A DNA stretch of 63,866 nt, from assembly GCA_041661405.1 (NCBI GenBank), contig JBAZUL010000010.1, forward strand, positions 1 to 63,866, in the 5' to 3' direction. This DNA is from Patescibacteria group bacterium. GTDB lineage: Bacteria > Patescibacteriota > Patescibacteriia > Patescibacteriales > JBAZCA01. Position numbers and translations under genes: made by a program. Shown here piece after piece: positions 56,632 to 63,866 of this stretch (its first letter is position 1; each line of letters starts with the position of its first letter). The notes beneath the pieces are model-generated. The model had not been told where the DNA came from and ran no database searches. It saw only the letters and a program-made list of their open reading frames with translations.

Positions 56632-57762
56632 TTATCTTATCGCCTTGGCAATTATTTTTACTACCTTTTTTTCGGTTACCAGCGGCAAAATTTTATCTTT
56701 TTTCGGTCTAAGCGAATAAGCAAGAGCTTCAGCGGCCTTCAGTTTCATTTTTGTTGTTACCATTTTAACGCGCCCGTCAAAAAGCCCGCGGAAAATGCCG
56801 GGAAAGACCAAGGCGTTATTAATCTGGTTCGGAAAGTCCGAGCGTCCGGTGCCGACGATTGAAGCTCCGGCGGAGTAAGCGTCGGGAGGCATAATTTCCG
56901 GAGTCGGATTGGCGAGGGCGAAAATTATCGGCCCGGAGCGCATGCTTTTTACCATTTCCCGGCTGACGAGATTTCCTTTGGAAAGCCCGATAAAAACGTC
57001 GGCGCCGATCATCGCTTCCTTCAAACCTCCGGCGATTTTTTCTTTATTAGTCTTTTTCGCGATCACTTCTTTGAACTTGTTTAAATTTTTCCGTCCTTCG
57101 TAGATTGTTCCCAGGCTGTCAAGAAGAAGGACGTCTTTTACTCCCTCTTCCATTAAGAGGCGGCTTACGGCAATGCCGGCCGCTCCGGCGCCGTTTACGA
57201 CGACTTTCAATTCCCCTAAAACTTTTCCCGTCACCCGGCAGGCGTTGATCAAAGCGGCTAAAACGACGATGGCGGTTCCGTCCTGATCGTCATGAAATAC
57301 CGGAATGGACAGTTCTTTTTCCAGCCGCTCAAGAATCTCAAAACATCTCGGCGCGGAAATGTCTTCCAGATTTATTCCGCCGAAGCTCGGCTGGATATTT
57401 TTACAGAATTTTATTATTTCCTCGGTGTCGGTCGTTCCAATGCAAAGCGGCGCCGCGTCCACGTTGGCGAAAACTTTAAAAATGGCGGCCTTGCCTTCCA
57501 TAACCGGCATTCCGGCTTCGGGCCCGATATCGCCTAAGCCCAAAATCGCCGTCCCGTCAGTAACGATGGCAACCGTATTGGCGCGGTTGGTGAGCTCCCA
57601 GGTCTTTTTCGGGCTTTCTTTTATCGCGAGGCAAACCGCGGCCACGCCCGGAGTATAAGCGAGCGCCAGGTCAATTTTATTTTTCAGGGGCACTTTAACC
57701 AGGGTGCCAATCTTTCCCCGGCGTTTCTCATGCAGGCTGATTGATTTTTTTGAATAGTCCAT
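56632..57762 (-). CDS. NAD(P)-dependent malic enzyme (short form, no PTA domain)
   Basis: AYTPGVA, VTDGTAILGLGDIG, PVMEGK, INLEDI, GAGAAG, ALANP; start moved to MDYS. Confidence 0.93.
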   Translation of the reverse strand: MDYSKKSISLHEKRRGKIGTLVKVPLKNKIDLALAYTPGVAAVCLAIKESPKKTWELTNRANTVAIVTDGTAILGLGDIGPEAGMPVMEGKAAIFKVFANVDAAPLCIGTTDTEEIIKFCKNIQPSFGGINLEDISAPRCFEILERLEKELSIPVFHDDQDGTAIVVLAALINACRVTGKVLGELKVVVNGAGAAGIAVSRLLMEEGVKDVLLLDSLGTIYEGRKNLNKFKEVIAKKTNKEKIAGGLKEAMIGADVFIGLSKGNLVSREMVKSMRSGPIIFALANPTPEIMPPDAYSAGASIVGTGRSDFPNQINNALVFPGIFRGLFDGRVKMVTTKMKLKAAEALAYSLRPKKDKILPLVTEKKVVKIIAKAIR

Positions 57763-57884
57763 AATTGAATTAATTCCAAATGTCAAATCAAATCCAAAAA
57801 CCAAAGTTTTTAAATTTTGAAATTGATTTGAAATTTGACATTTGAGCTTTGAAATTTTTGGTTTCCCTAATTTTAGTCTTTATT

Positions 57885-57951
57885 ATCTTACCATGCTTCC
57901 TTTGTCCTTGACAAGATTAGCCGTCCGGCATACTATACCCCAAGGGGGTAT
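57885..57951. promoter_or_regulatory. Back-to-back promoters with a CsoR-type operator
   Basis: Plus strand TTGACA(57908)-17-TACTAT(57931); minus strand TTGTCA-18-TAAGAT; operator ATACCCC-AAG-GGGGTAT (57935-57951). Confidence 0.75.
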
Positions 57952-58025
57952 GATGGAATAAAACAGCCCGAGTTAATTTATTCTTAATCTTCCGGAGCTA
58001 GCATCCTAAAGAAGAGCCAATTCTT

Positions 58026-58331
58026 ATGAAACAACTGATACTGGATAAGAAAAAAAGCCGAAAAAACAGCGCTATAAAGCAATCCGGGCGGGCTAAGGAT
58101 GAGTCCCGAAAAATTTTTCACCGCATCGCGAGGATTGAAGGCCAGCTCGGGGGCATCCGGCGCATGGTTTTGGAAAAAAAAGAATGCATGGACATAATTT
58201 CCCAGATCTCGGCTATCCGGGAAGCGGCCACCATGCTCGGCATTGAGCTCCTAAAAGACGATTTGATCTGCCGGAAGAAAACCGGTAATATTAATGAGAG
58301 GTATTTAAAAACATTATTTAAACTTAACTAA
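58026..58331 (+). CDS. CsoR/RcnR/CstR-family repressor
   Basis: RIARIEGQLGGIRRMV...ECMDIISQISAI...LLKDDLIC. Confidence 0.9.
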   Translation: MKQLILDKKKSRKNSAIKQSGRAKDESRKIFHRIARIEGQLGGIRRMVLEKKECMDIISQISAIREAATMLGIELLKDDLICRKKTGNINERYLKTLFKLN

Positions 58332-58419
58332 TCGTCCGCATAACGCGCGATCCGTAACGTAACGAAAAAATTTTCTTCAGAGCCGTTACGCGTTCCATGT
58401 TACGCGTTCTACGAAATTT

Positions 58420-58752
58420 ATGTCGCAAGCGATTGAATTAACAAAGGAAAATTTCCAAAGCGAAGTAATAAAATCCGATATTCCGGTTCTCGTTGATTTT
58501 TGGGCGCCCTGGTGCGGGCCGTGCCGGATGATGGCTCCGGTCTTAGACGAGCTTTCCGGCCGGATGGCAGGTAAGGTAAAAATCGCCAAATTGAACGTTG
58601 AAGATCCCGGCCATCAGGATCTGGCCATGGAATATTCCATCCAGAGCATCCCGAACATGAAGCTTTTTAAAGGCGGCAAAGTCATAAAAGATTTTGTCGG
58701 CTTCCGCCCGATGGAAGTTTTAGAGCCGGAACTGGAAGAAGCAATCAAATAA
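58420..58752 (+). CDS. trxA: Thioredoxin
   Basis: LVDFWAPWCGPC, IP. Confidence 0.96.
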   Translation: MSQAIELTKENFQSEVIKSDIPVLVDFWAPWCGPCRMMAPVLDELSGRMAGKVKIAKLNVEDPGHQDLAMEYSIQSIPNMKLFKGGKVIKDFVGFRPMEVLEPELEEAIK

Positions 58753-58755
58753 ATT

Positions 58756-59994
58756 ATGCCCAATGCTTTTGAAAACGCCATGAAGCAGTTAAAGGAGGTT
58801 TCGGAAATTATCAAACTGGACGAAGATATCCGCGAACTTTTAAAAGCGCCACAAAAATTTCTTGAAGTTTCCATACCAATAAGAATGGATAACGGCCGGC
58901 AAAAAATTTTTACCGGCTTCCGTTCGCAGTATAATAACGCCCGCGGGCCTTATAAAGGCGGCATCCGCTTCCATCCGCTCGTTACCCCCGAAGAAGTCCG
59001 GGCGCTTTCGGCTTGGATGACCTGGAAAACCGCGGTGATGGATTTGCCTTTAGGTGGCGGAAAGGGCGGCATAGTCGTTGACCCGCGCGAATTGTCCGAA
59101 GGCGAACTCCAAAGGCTGTCGCGGGGATATATCCGGGCGATTTATAAACTTATCGGACCGGATCTTGATATTCCGGCGCCGGACGTTTATACCAACCCGA
59201 AAATCATGGGCTGGATGCTGGACGAATACGAAAAACAGGTTGGCCGCCACTCCCCCGGGGTAATCACCGGAAAACCGCTTTCCATCGGCGGTTCGCGGGT
59301 TCGGGAATATTCAACCGCCATGGGAGCGGTCTACATTTTAAATCAGGCCGCGAAAAAAATCGGCCTGGAAAAAAACGCGACCGTGGGAATCCAGGGGTTT
59401 GGCAACGCCGGATCTTTCATGGCCAAACTTTTGCATAAAGAAGGCTACCGCATCGCGGTTGTAAGCGATTCAAGAGGAACAATCTGCAATTACATGGGTC
59501 TTGATCCGGAGGCTGTCGCGAGCCATAAAGTAAAAACCGGGAGCGTGGCGAATTTTCCCGGCGCGAGCGTCAAAGAGCCGGGCATGCATTGCTTTGAGCA
59601 TGAAATGGACATCCTTATCCCGGCCGCTCTGGAAAACGCCGTAACCGCCGCGAACGTCGGCGCCTTGAGCGCCCAGCTTATCGTTGAACTGGCTAACGGA
59701 CCCATAACGCCCGAAGCCGACGAAATTTTAAAAAAGAAAAACATCCTTGTCGTCCCGGATATTCTGGCCAACGCCGGAGGGGTGGCAGTGAGCTATTTTG
59801 AACAGGTGCAAAACGCCTACGGCAACTACTGGACTCGCGAAAAAATCCTTGGTAAGCTTGAGGAAACCATGACCACGGCCTTTGACTCAGCCTGGGAGGA
59901 AAAAGAAAAATATTTAACGACTTTCCGCATGGGCGCTTACGCCCTGGCGGTAAAACGGGTAGCTCAGGCGATGAAAGACAGAGGATGGGTGTAA
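58756..59994 (+). CDS. gdhA: Glu/Leu/Phe/Val dehydrogenase (glutamate dehydrogenase type)
   Basis: [41 protein letters not shown]. Confidence 0.92.
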   Translation: MPNAFENAMKQLKEVSEIIKLDEDIRELLKAPQKFLEVSIPIRMDNGRQKIFTGFRSQYNNARGPYKGGIRFHPLVTPEEVRALSAWMTWKTAVMDLPLGGGKGGIVVDPRELSEGELQRLSRGYIRAIYKLIGPDLDIPAPDVYTNPKIMGWMLDEYEKQVGRHSPGVITGKPLSIGGSRVREYSTAMGAVYILNQAAKKIGLEKNATVGIQGFGNAGSFMAKLLHKEGYRIAVVSDSRGTICNYMGLDPEAVASHKVKTGSVANFPGASVKEPGMHCFEHEMDILIPAALENAVTAANVGALSAQLIVELANGPITPEADEILKKKNILVVPDILANAGGVAVSYFEQVQNAYGNYWTREKILGKLEETMTTAFDSAWEEKEKYLTTFRMGAYALAVKRVAQAMKDRGWV

Positions 59995-60019
59995 GTTTTT
60001 TGATTATTAATTTTTACTT

Positions 60020-60928
60020 ATGTACGATGTCGCGATAATCGGCGCTGGTCCGGCCGGCTTAAACGCCTCGGTTTACGCTTCCCGCTACGGCCTCTCTAAT
60101 ATCGTTTTCGGACGATCCGGCGGACTGATTGCCGAAACCCATGAAATCGGCAACTGGCTCGGGACAAAGCTCATGAACGGGGCTGATTTTTCCCGCCAAT
60201 GTGAAGATCAGGTTAAAAGCCTTGGCGCGGAAATTGTTCCGTCTTTTATTAAATCTCTTAAAAATGAGGATGGTTTAATCCGGCTGGAAGACACGCAAGG
60301 CAAAAAATACGAAGCCAAAACTCTAATTTTAGCCATGGGAACCGCCCATCGGCGGCTTGAGATAAAAGGCGAAAAAGAATTCCACGGCCAAGGCGTTTCT
60401 TACTGCGCCACCTGCGACGGATTTTTTTTCCGGAAAAAAACCGTGGCCGTCATCGGCGGCGGGGACGCGGCGGCCGAAGGCGCGATGTTTTTAGCCGACT
60501 TAGCGGAAAAAGTTTACTTAATCCACCGCCGCGACGAACTCCGAGCCGAAGAATACTGGATTAAATCCCTAAAAGCCAATCCGAAAATAGAAATCATTTA
60601 CAGCACTAACGTAAAAGAAATAAAAGGCGATAAAAAAGTTGAAGCCATAATTCTTGATAATCCGCGCGACGGCTCGGACGAACTTAAGCTGGACGGCGTG
60701 TTTATTGAAATCGGCGCCGCCCCGAGCGTTGAACTTATAAACGCCTGCCGGGTCGGTTGCGATGCCGGAGGCTACGTAAAAGTTGACCAAAGCGGAAAAA
60801 CCTCGGTTGAGCGGATCTGGGCGGCCGGAGACATAACCACCGGCTCGGACAAGTTCAGGCAGATTATAACCGCCGCCGCTGAAGGCGCGATTGCCGCCCA
60901 TAGCATTAAGCAGTATTTGAAAAAATAA
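60020..60928 (+). CDS. trxB: Thioredoxin reductase
   Basis: IGAGPAG, GVSYCATCDG, VIGGGD, AAGD. Confidence 0.92.
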   Translation: MYDVAIIGAGPAGLNASVYASRYGLSNIVFGRSGGLIAETHEIGNWLGTKLMNGADFSRQCEDQVKSLGAEIVPSFIKSLKNEDGLIRLEDTQGKKYEAKTLILAMGTAHRRLEIKGEKEFHGQGVSYCATCDGFFFRKKTVAVIGGGDAAAEGAMFLADLAEKVYLIHRRDELRAEEYWIKSLKANPKIEIIYSTNVKEIKGDKKVEAIILDNPRDGSDELKLDGVFIEIGAAPSVELINACRVGCDAGGYVKVDQSGKTSVERIWAAGDITTGSDKFRQIITAAAEGAIAAHSIKQYLKK

Positions 60929-60987
60929 CTTTTTAAATAATTGCTTCATTACTAGCGCGGGTTAGCGCTAATAAGGGGCCAAAATTT

Positions 60988-62313
60988 ATGACCAGGGAAA
61001 AAATCCTTGAAAAGGTAAAAAAGGAGGGGGTGGAATTTATCAATCTCCAGTTTACGGACATCCTCGGCGTGGTCAAAGCCGTAACCATTCCGGCTTCAAA
61101 ATTGGAAGAAGCCATAGACAACAATGTCTGGTTTGACGGATCGTCCATTGAAGGGTTTACGCGGATTTTTGAGTCGGACATGTTTTTAAAACTGGATCTC
61201 CCGACTTTTGCCATTCTGCCCTGGCAGAAAAATACCGCCCGGATTATCTCGGACGTTTATCTTCCGGACGGCTCGCCTTTTCCGGGCGACCCGCGGCAGG
61301 CTTTAAAAAAACAGCTCGCCATCGCGGCTGAAATGGGTTTTACCTATAATGTCGGGCCGGAGCTGGAATTCTTTATTTTTAAAAAAGACGAACATGGCCG
61401 GATCGCGCCCCTGCCCCATGACACGGCCGGCTATTTTGACCTTTCCACTGATCTCGCGCAGGAAATAAGGCAGGAAATGACTTTAACGCTAAAAGCTTTA
61501 GATATTGACGTTGAGGCTTTGCATCATGAAGTCGCGGTCGGCCAACACGAAATTGATTTTAAATACGCTGAAGCCTTAACGACCGCCGACCGGGCCGTTA
61601 CTTTCCGCTACGCCCTGAAAGCCATTGCCCAAAAACACGGCCTGCACGTAACTTTTATGCCAAAGCCGATTGAAGGCATTAACGGCACAGGCATGCACGT
61701 CCACCAAAGTTTCTTTGACCCGAAAGGCGAAAAAAATCTTTTCTATGACTCGAGCGGCCGCTATCATCTTTCGGAAATCGCCGAACATTTTATCGCCGGC
61801 CAGCTCTATCACGCCCGCGGTTTCGCCGCCATAACCAACCCGCTCGTCAATTCTTACAAGAGGCTGGTGCCGGGCTACGAAGCGCCGGTTTACGTCGCCT
61901 GGGGCCAGACCAACCGGAGCGCGCTTATCAGGATTCCAAGATACACGGAAGGCCGGGAAAAGGCCGTCCGTTGCGAGTTAAGATGCCCTGATCCGTCAAC
62001 CAACCCGTATCTCGCTTTCGCGGTCATGCTCGCCTCAGGCCTCGACGGGATTAAAAACAAAAAAAATCCGCCCGAGCCGATTGAAGAAAACATTTTTAAA
62101 TTTTCCGACGAAGACGCGAAGAAAAAAGGCGTCGGCAACATGCCCGAAAACCTCCGTTACGCGATAAAGGCTTTGCAGGATGATGACGTTGTAAAGTCGG
62201 CTCTGGGATCGCACATCTACGAGCAATACTTAGCCGCCAAAAAAAGCGAGTGGGACAGCTATAAAACTTTTGTCTCAAAATGGGAACACGACCGGTATCT
62301 TGAAATTTACTAA
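60988..62313 (+). CDS. glnA: Glutamine synthetase type I
   Basis: FDGSSIEGF, HHEVAVGQHEI, MPKP..GINGTGMHVHQS, YKRLVPGYEAP, NRSALIRIP. Confidence 0.96.
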   Translation: MTREKILEKVKKEGVEFINLQFTDILGVVKAVTIPASKLEEAIDNNVWFDGSSIEGFTRIFESDMFLKLDLPTFAILPWQKNTARIISDVYLPDGSPFPGDPRQALKKQLAIAAEMGFTYNVGPELEFFIFKKDEHGRIAPLPHDTAGYFDLSTDLAQEIRQEMTLTLKALDIDVEALHHEVAVGQHEIDFKYAEALTTADRAVTFRYALKAIAQKHGLHVTFMPKPIEGINGTGMHVHQSFFDPKGEKNLFYDSSGRYHLSEIAEHFIAGQLYHARGFAAITNPLVNSYKRLVPGYEAPVYVAWGQTNRSALIRIPRYTEGREKAVRCELRCPDPSTNPYLAFAVMLASGLDGIKNKKNPPEPIEENIFKFSDEDAKKKGVGNMPENLRYAIKALQDDDVVKSALGSHIYEQYLAAKKSEWDSYKTFVSKWEHDRYLEIY

Positions 62314-62324
62314 TAAAACAACAG

Positions 62325-62371
62325 AAAATAAAAGTAGAGACGAGGCAATGCCTCGTCTCTACTTTTATTTT
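62325..62371. repeat. GTAG-type REP palindrome, likely also a bidirectional terminator
   Basis: 22-bp perfect stem AAAATAAAAGTAGAGACGAGGC-AAT-GCCTCGTCTCTACTTTTATTTT. Confidence 0.8.
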
Positions 62372-62733
62372 CCCACTTTCCTCGCCCCTTCTTCGTCCGA
62401 GCCGAAATGATGGGCGATTTCGTGCCGGACCACGCTTTTTATCTTATTTTTCACTTCCCTTTCCGTTGTGAAGCTTTCCAGAATCGGCCGCCGGAAAATC
62501 GTAATCCGGTCGGGCAAAACCGGGCCGATATTTATTTTTTTGGACTGGATATATCCCTCGTAAAGCCCGAACAGGCTATGCTTATTATTAAGCCGCGCTT
62601 TTTTTAACTGCTCTTCGCTCGGATAGTCTTCAACGAAAAAAGCCACGTTGTTGGTTTTTCGGAGTATCTCGTCCGGCAACTCATCAATCGCTTCCGCCAC
62701 CCATAAGTCAAATTGTTCGTTTGGGATGTTCAT
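62365..62733 (-). CDS. Minimal zincin-like metallopeptidase (DUF1025 type)
   Basis: LFGLYEG...PDRITIFRRPI...VVRHEIAHHFG. Confidence 0.88.
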   Translation of the reverse strand: MNIPNEQFDLWVAEAIDELPDEILRKTNNVAFFVEDYPSEEQLKKARLNNKHSLFGLYEGYIQSKKINIGPVLPDRITIFRRPILESFTTEREVKNKIKSVVRHEIAHHFGSDEEGARKVGK

Positions 62734-62802
62734 TTTTTACTGCGGGGAGAGGCGTAATTGTAACTCATTTTACCCCCCCATCTTTAAATTAGGTTGTACT
62801 TT

Positions 62803-63866
62803 TTACTTCGCGCACCTGAACCCGACTCCGGCCATAACTTCGCTCGGCGCGCGGCTTAAATCCAGGCTGTAAATCCCGTTTTCTCCCCGGACATACCCGC
62901 GGACATTGGCGGTTGACTCGCCGGTAATAATTTTTCCAATGCCGTTATCCGCGTCGCTCATATAGTAAGGCGGCCTGATCGCGCCGAGCGATCTGTAAGA
63001 GGAAACTTCCGAGTATTCGGACCAATCATAGCTCCCGACTAACGGCAAATCGCTCTGATTAGCAATGCCTTTAGTCCACTGCCCCGCTCCGGATAACCCA
63101 TAAATGACATTGCCATTAGTAAGCGCGTACTCCTCACCCTCTCCGGACTCGGGGAGGGTCGTCCCGTCTCTCTCAAGAGGCGGGACGGGGTGGGGTAATT
63201 GCAGACCTTCTTTTACCGGGTCAGCGTCATTTCCGGCTGACCGGGTAATATTTTCCGCTATGGTCATCCATTCGGCATCGCTCATCAAATGATAGCCTTT
63301 TCCAAGGCTCTGGCACCTCAAATCCGCTTCACCCTGCGATATATTAGTCCATAAGCTCCCCTCGCCCATGACGCTAGGAATGGGAGAGGGGTCGGGGGTG
63401 AGGGCCGCCATGCGAGCCATAACGCAGAATCCCGGGAGCGTTCCGTATTCAGCCGAACCCGGAACCCATTCAAATCCTTCTTCGCAATAGCCTTCGTAAG
63501 CTCCGGCCACGACTTTGCCTTCCACTCCGAGGTCGCCCATGGTGTCGTCAACTTTCGCGTCTAGTCTGCTGTTGCAGGCCCCGGAGGAGCAAACCAGTAT
63601 CCGGCCGTCCACTTCCATTTCCCCGACAATTACGACTTTGCCGGCGGATGAAACATTCATGATGGAAACATCCCCGGATTTAAAGTCAGCAATATCGCCC
63701 GATCCGGACTGATTAACAACAAAGGCGGTTTGAGTAGTAGTACTCGCGGTCTCAATATCCATAACGGCGACAGAAGTTGAGGCTTCGGCAATGTCGGTGA
63801 TAATACTCACTATCGGGCCGCCTTGTCCGCCGACAGTGATGTTAGCCGGAGCGGTTGAGGAGGCGG
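62803..63866 (-). CDS. C-terminal part of a large surface protein ending in an FGE-sulfatase/C-type-lectin-like domain; partial at the right edge
   Basis: Frame stays open to the window end; VNQSGSGDIADF, FCVM, WTNISQ..A...C.SLG.GYHL....EWMTIA, LTNGNVIY, terminal GFRCAK. Confidence 0.75.
   Translation of the reverse strand, partial: ASSTAPANITVGGQGGPIVSIITDIAEASTSVAVMDIETASTTTQTAFVVNQSGSGDIADFKSGDVSIMNVSSAGKVVIVGEMEVDGRILVCSSGACNSRLDAKVDDTMGDLGVEGKVVAGAYEGYCEEGFEWVPGSAEYGTLPGFCVMARMAALTPDPSPIPSVMGEGSLWTNISQGEADLRCQSLGKGYHLMSDAEWMTIAENITRSAGNDADPVKEGLQLPHPVPPLERDGTTLPESGEGEEYALTNGNVIYGLSGAGQWTKGIANQSDLPLVGSYDWSEYSEVSSYRSLGAIRPPYYMSDADNGIGKIITGESTANVRGYVRGENGIYSLDLSRAPSEVMAGVGFRCAK
63131..63196 (-). 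repeat. REP-like element with a nested hairpin, in frame within the CDS
   Basis: Minus strand ACCCCACCCC[GTCCCGCCTCTTGAGAGAGACGGGAC]GACCCTCCCCGAGTCCGGAGAGGG; encodes PHPVPPLERDGTTLPESGEG. Confidence 0.75.
63356..63404 (-). repeat. REP-like element, in frame within the CDS
   Basis: Minus strand CCCTCACCCCCGACCCCTCTCCCA-TTCCTAGCGTCA-TGGGCGAGGGGAG; encodes LTPDPSPIPSVMGEG. Confidence 0.8.

Noticed and set aside
2125-58410. Tandem repeats considered as CRISPR arrays
   Set aside because: Units are 7 nt with no unique spacers, no constant 23-47-nt repeat and no cas genes.
60945-60980. Hairpin TAGCGC/GCGCTA before glnA as a glutamine riboswitch
   Set aside because: Too short and lacking recognisable glnA-motif features; it may be a simple processing or pause stem.
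62734-63130. Complete diversity-generating retroelement
   Set aside because: No template repeat, reverse transcriptase, avd gene or downstream hairpin was found in the window; kept only as a low-interest lead.
2518-63712. Numerous short ORFs overlapping housekeeping genes on the opposite strand or in another frame
   Set aside because: They have no recognisable motifs and are expected shadows of genes with strong codon bias.

Overview
Chromosomal window from a Candidate Phyla Radiation (Parcubacteria-type, possibly Falkowbacteria; inferred, not proven) bacterium. Supporting signs are the missing rpmD/uL30 between rpsE and rplO, long terminal extensions on several ribosomal proteins, and pilin-Ig and tail-fibre/lectin-like surface proteins. 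The genetic code is standard (code 11). Most genes are on the minus strand. In window order: pilin-Ig protein, fba, tpiA, S11 peptidase, scpBA; aspS, recO, ruvX, map, adk; the secY/spc/S10 ribosomal clusters; a str operon split between tuf and fusA; rlmN, a GT4 transferase and a membrane-anchored Clp ATPase; a tRNA-Gln islet; ftsXE; tRNA-Gly/Thr; a P-type ATPase and malic enzyme. A plus-strand csoR-like/trxA/gdhA/trxB/glnA operon follows. No CRISPR array, rRNA, integrase, transposase or reverse transcriptase was seen. The least ordinary signals are five. (1) A dense population of palindromic repeats: 7-nt-period hairpins in most ribosomal spacers, REP-like elements, a 178-bp MITE-like element, a 51-nt repeat abutting two ribosomal -35 boxes, and REP-like hairpins sitting in frame inside proteins (the lectin-like domain, AspS, Map). 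(2) Three accessory toxin/enzyme genes (RhuM-Fic, zeta-like, DUF3892 fusion) that keep both ends but appear to have lost their catalytic core. (3) A Zn-finger, two-TM ClpA-like ATPase with a degenerate NBD1, no ClpP-docking loop and a small membrane partner gene. (4) A His-less CsoR/CstR-type repressor with a clear operator heading a thioredoxin and nitrogen-assimilation operon, divergent from malic enzyme. (5) Candidate structured leaders upstream of tuf and rplC. Family assignments come from motif recognition and recall; no database searches were run.
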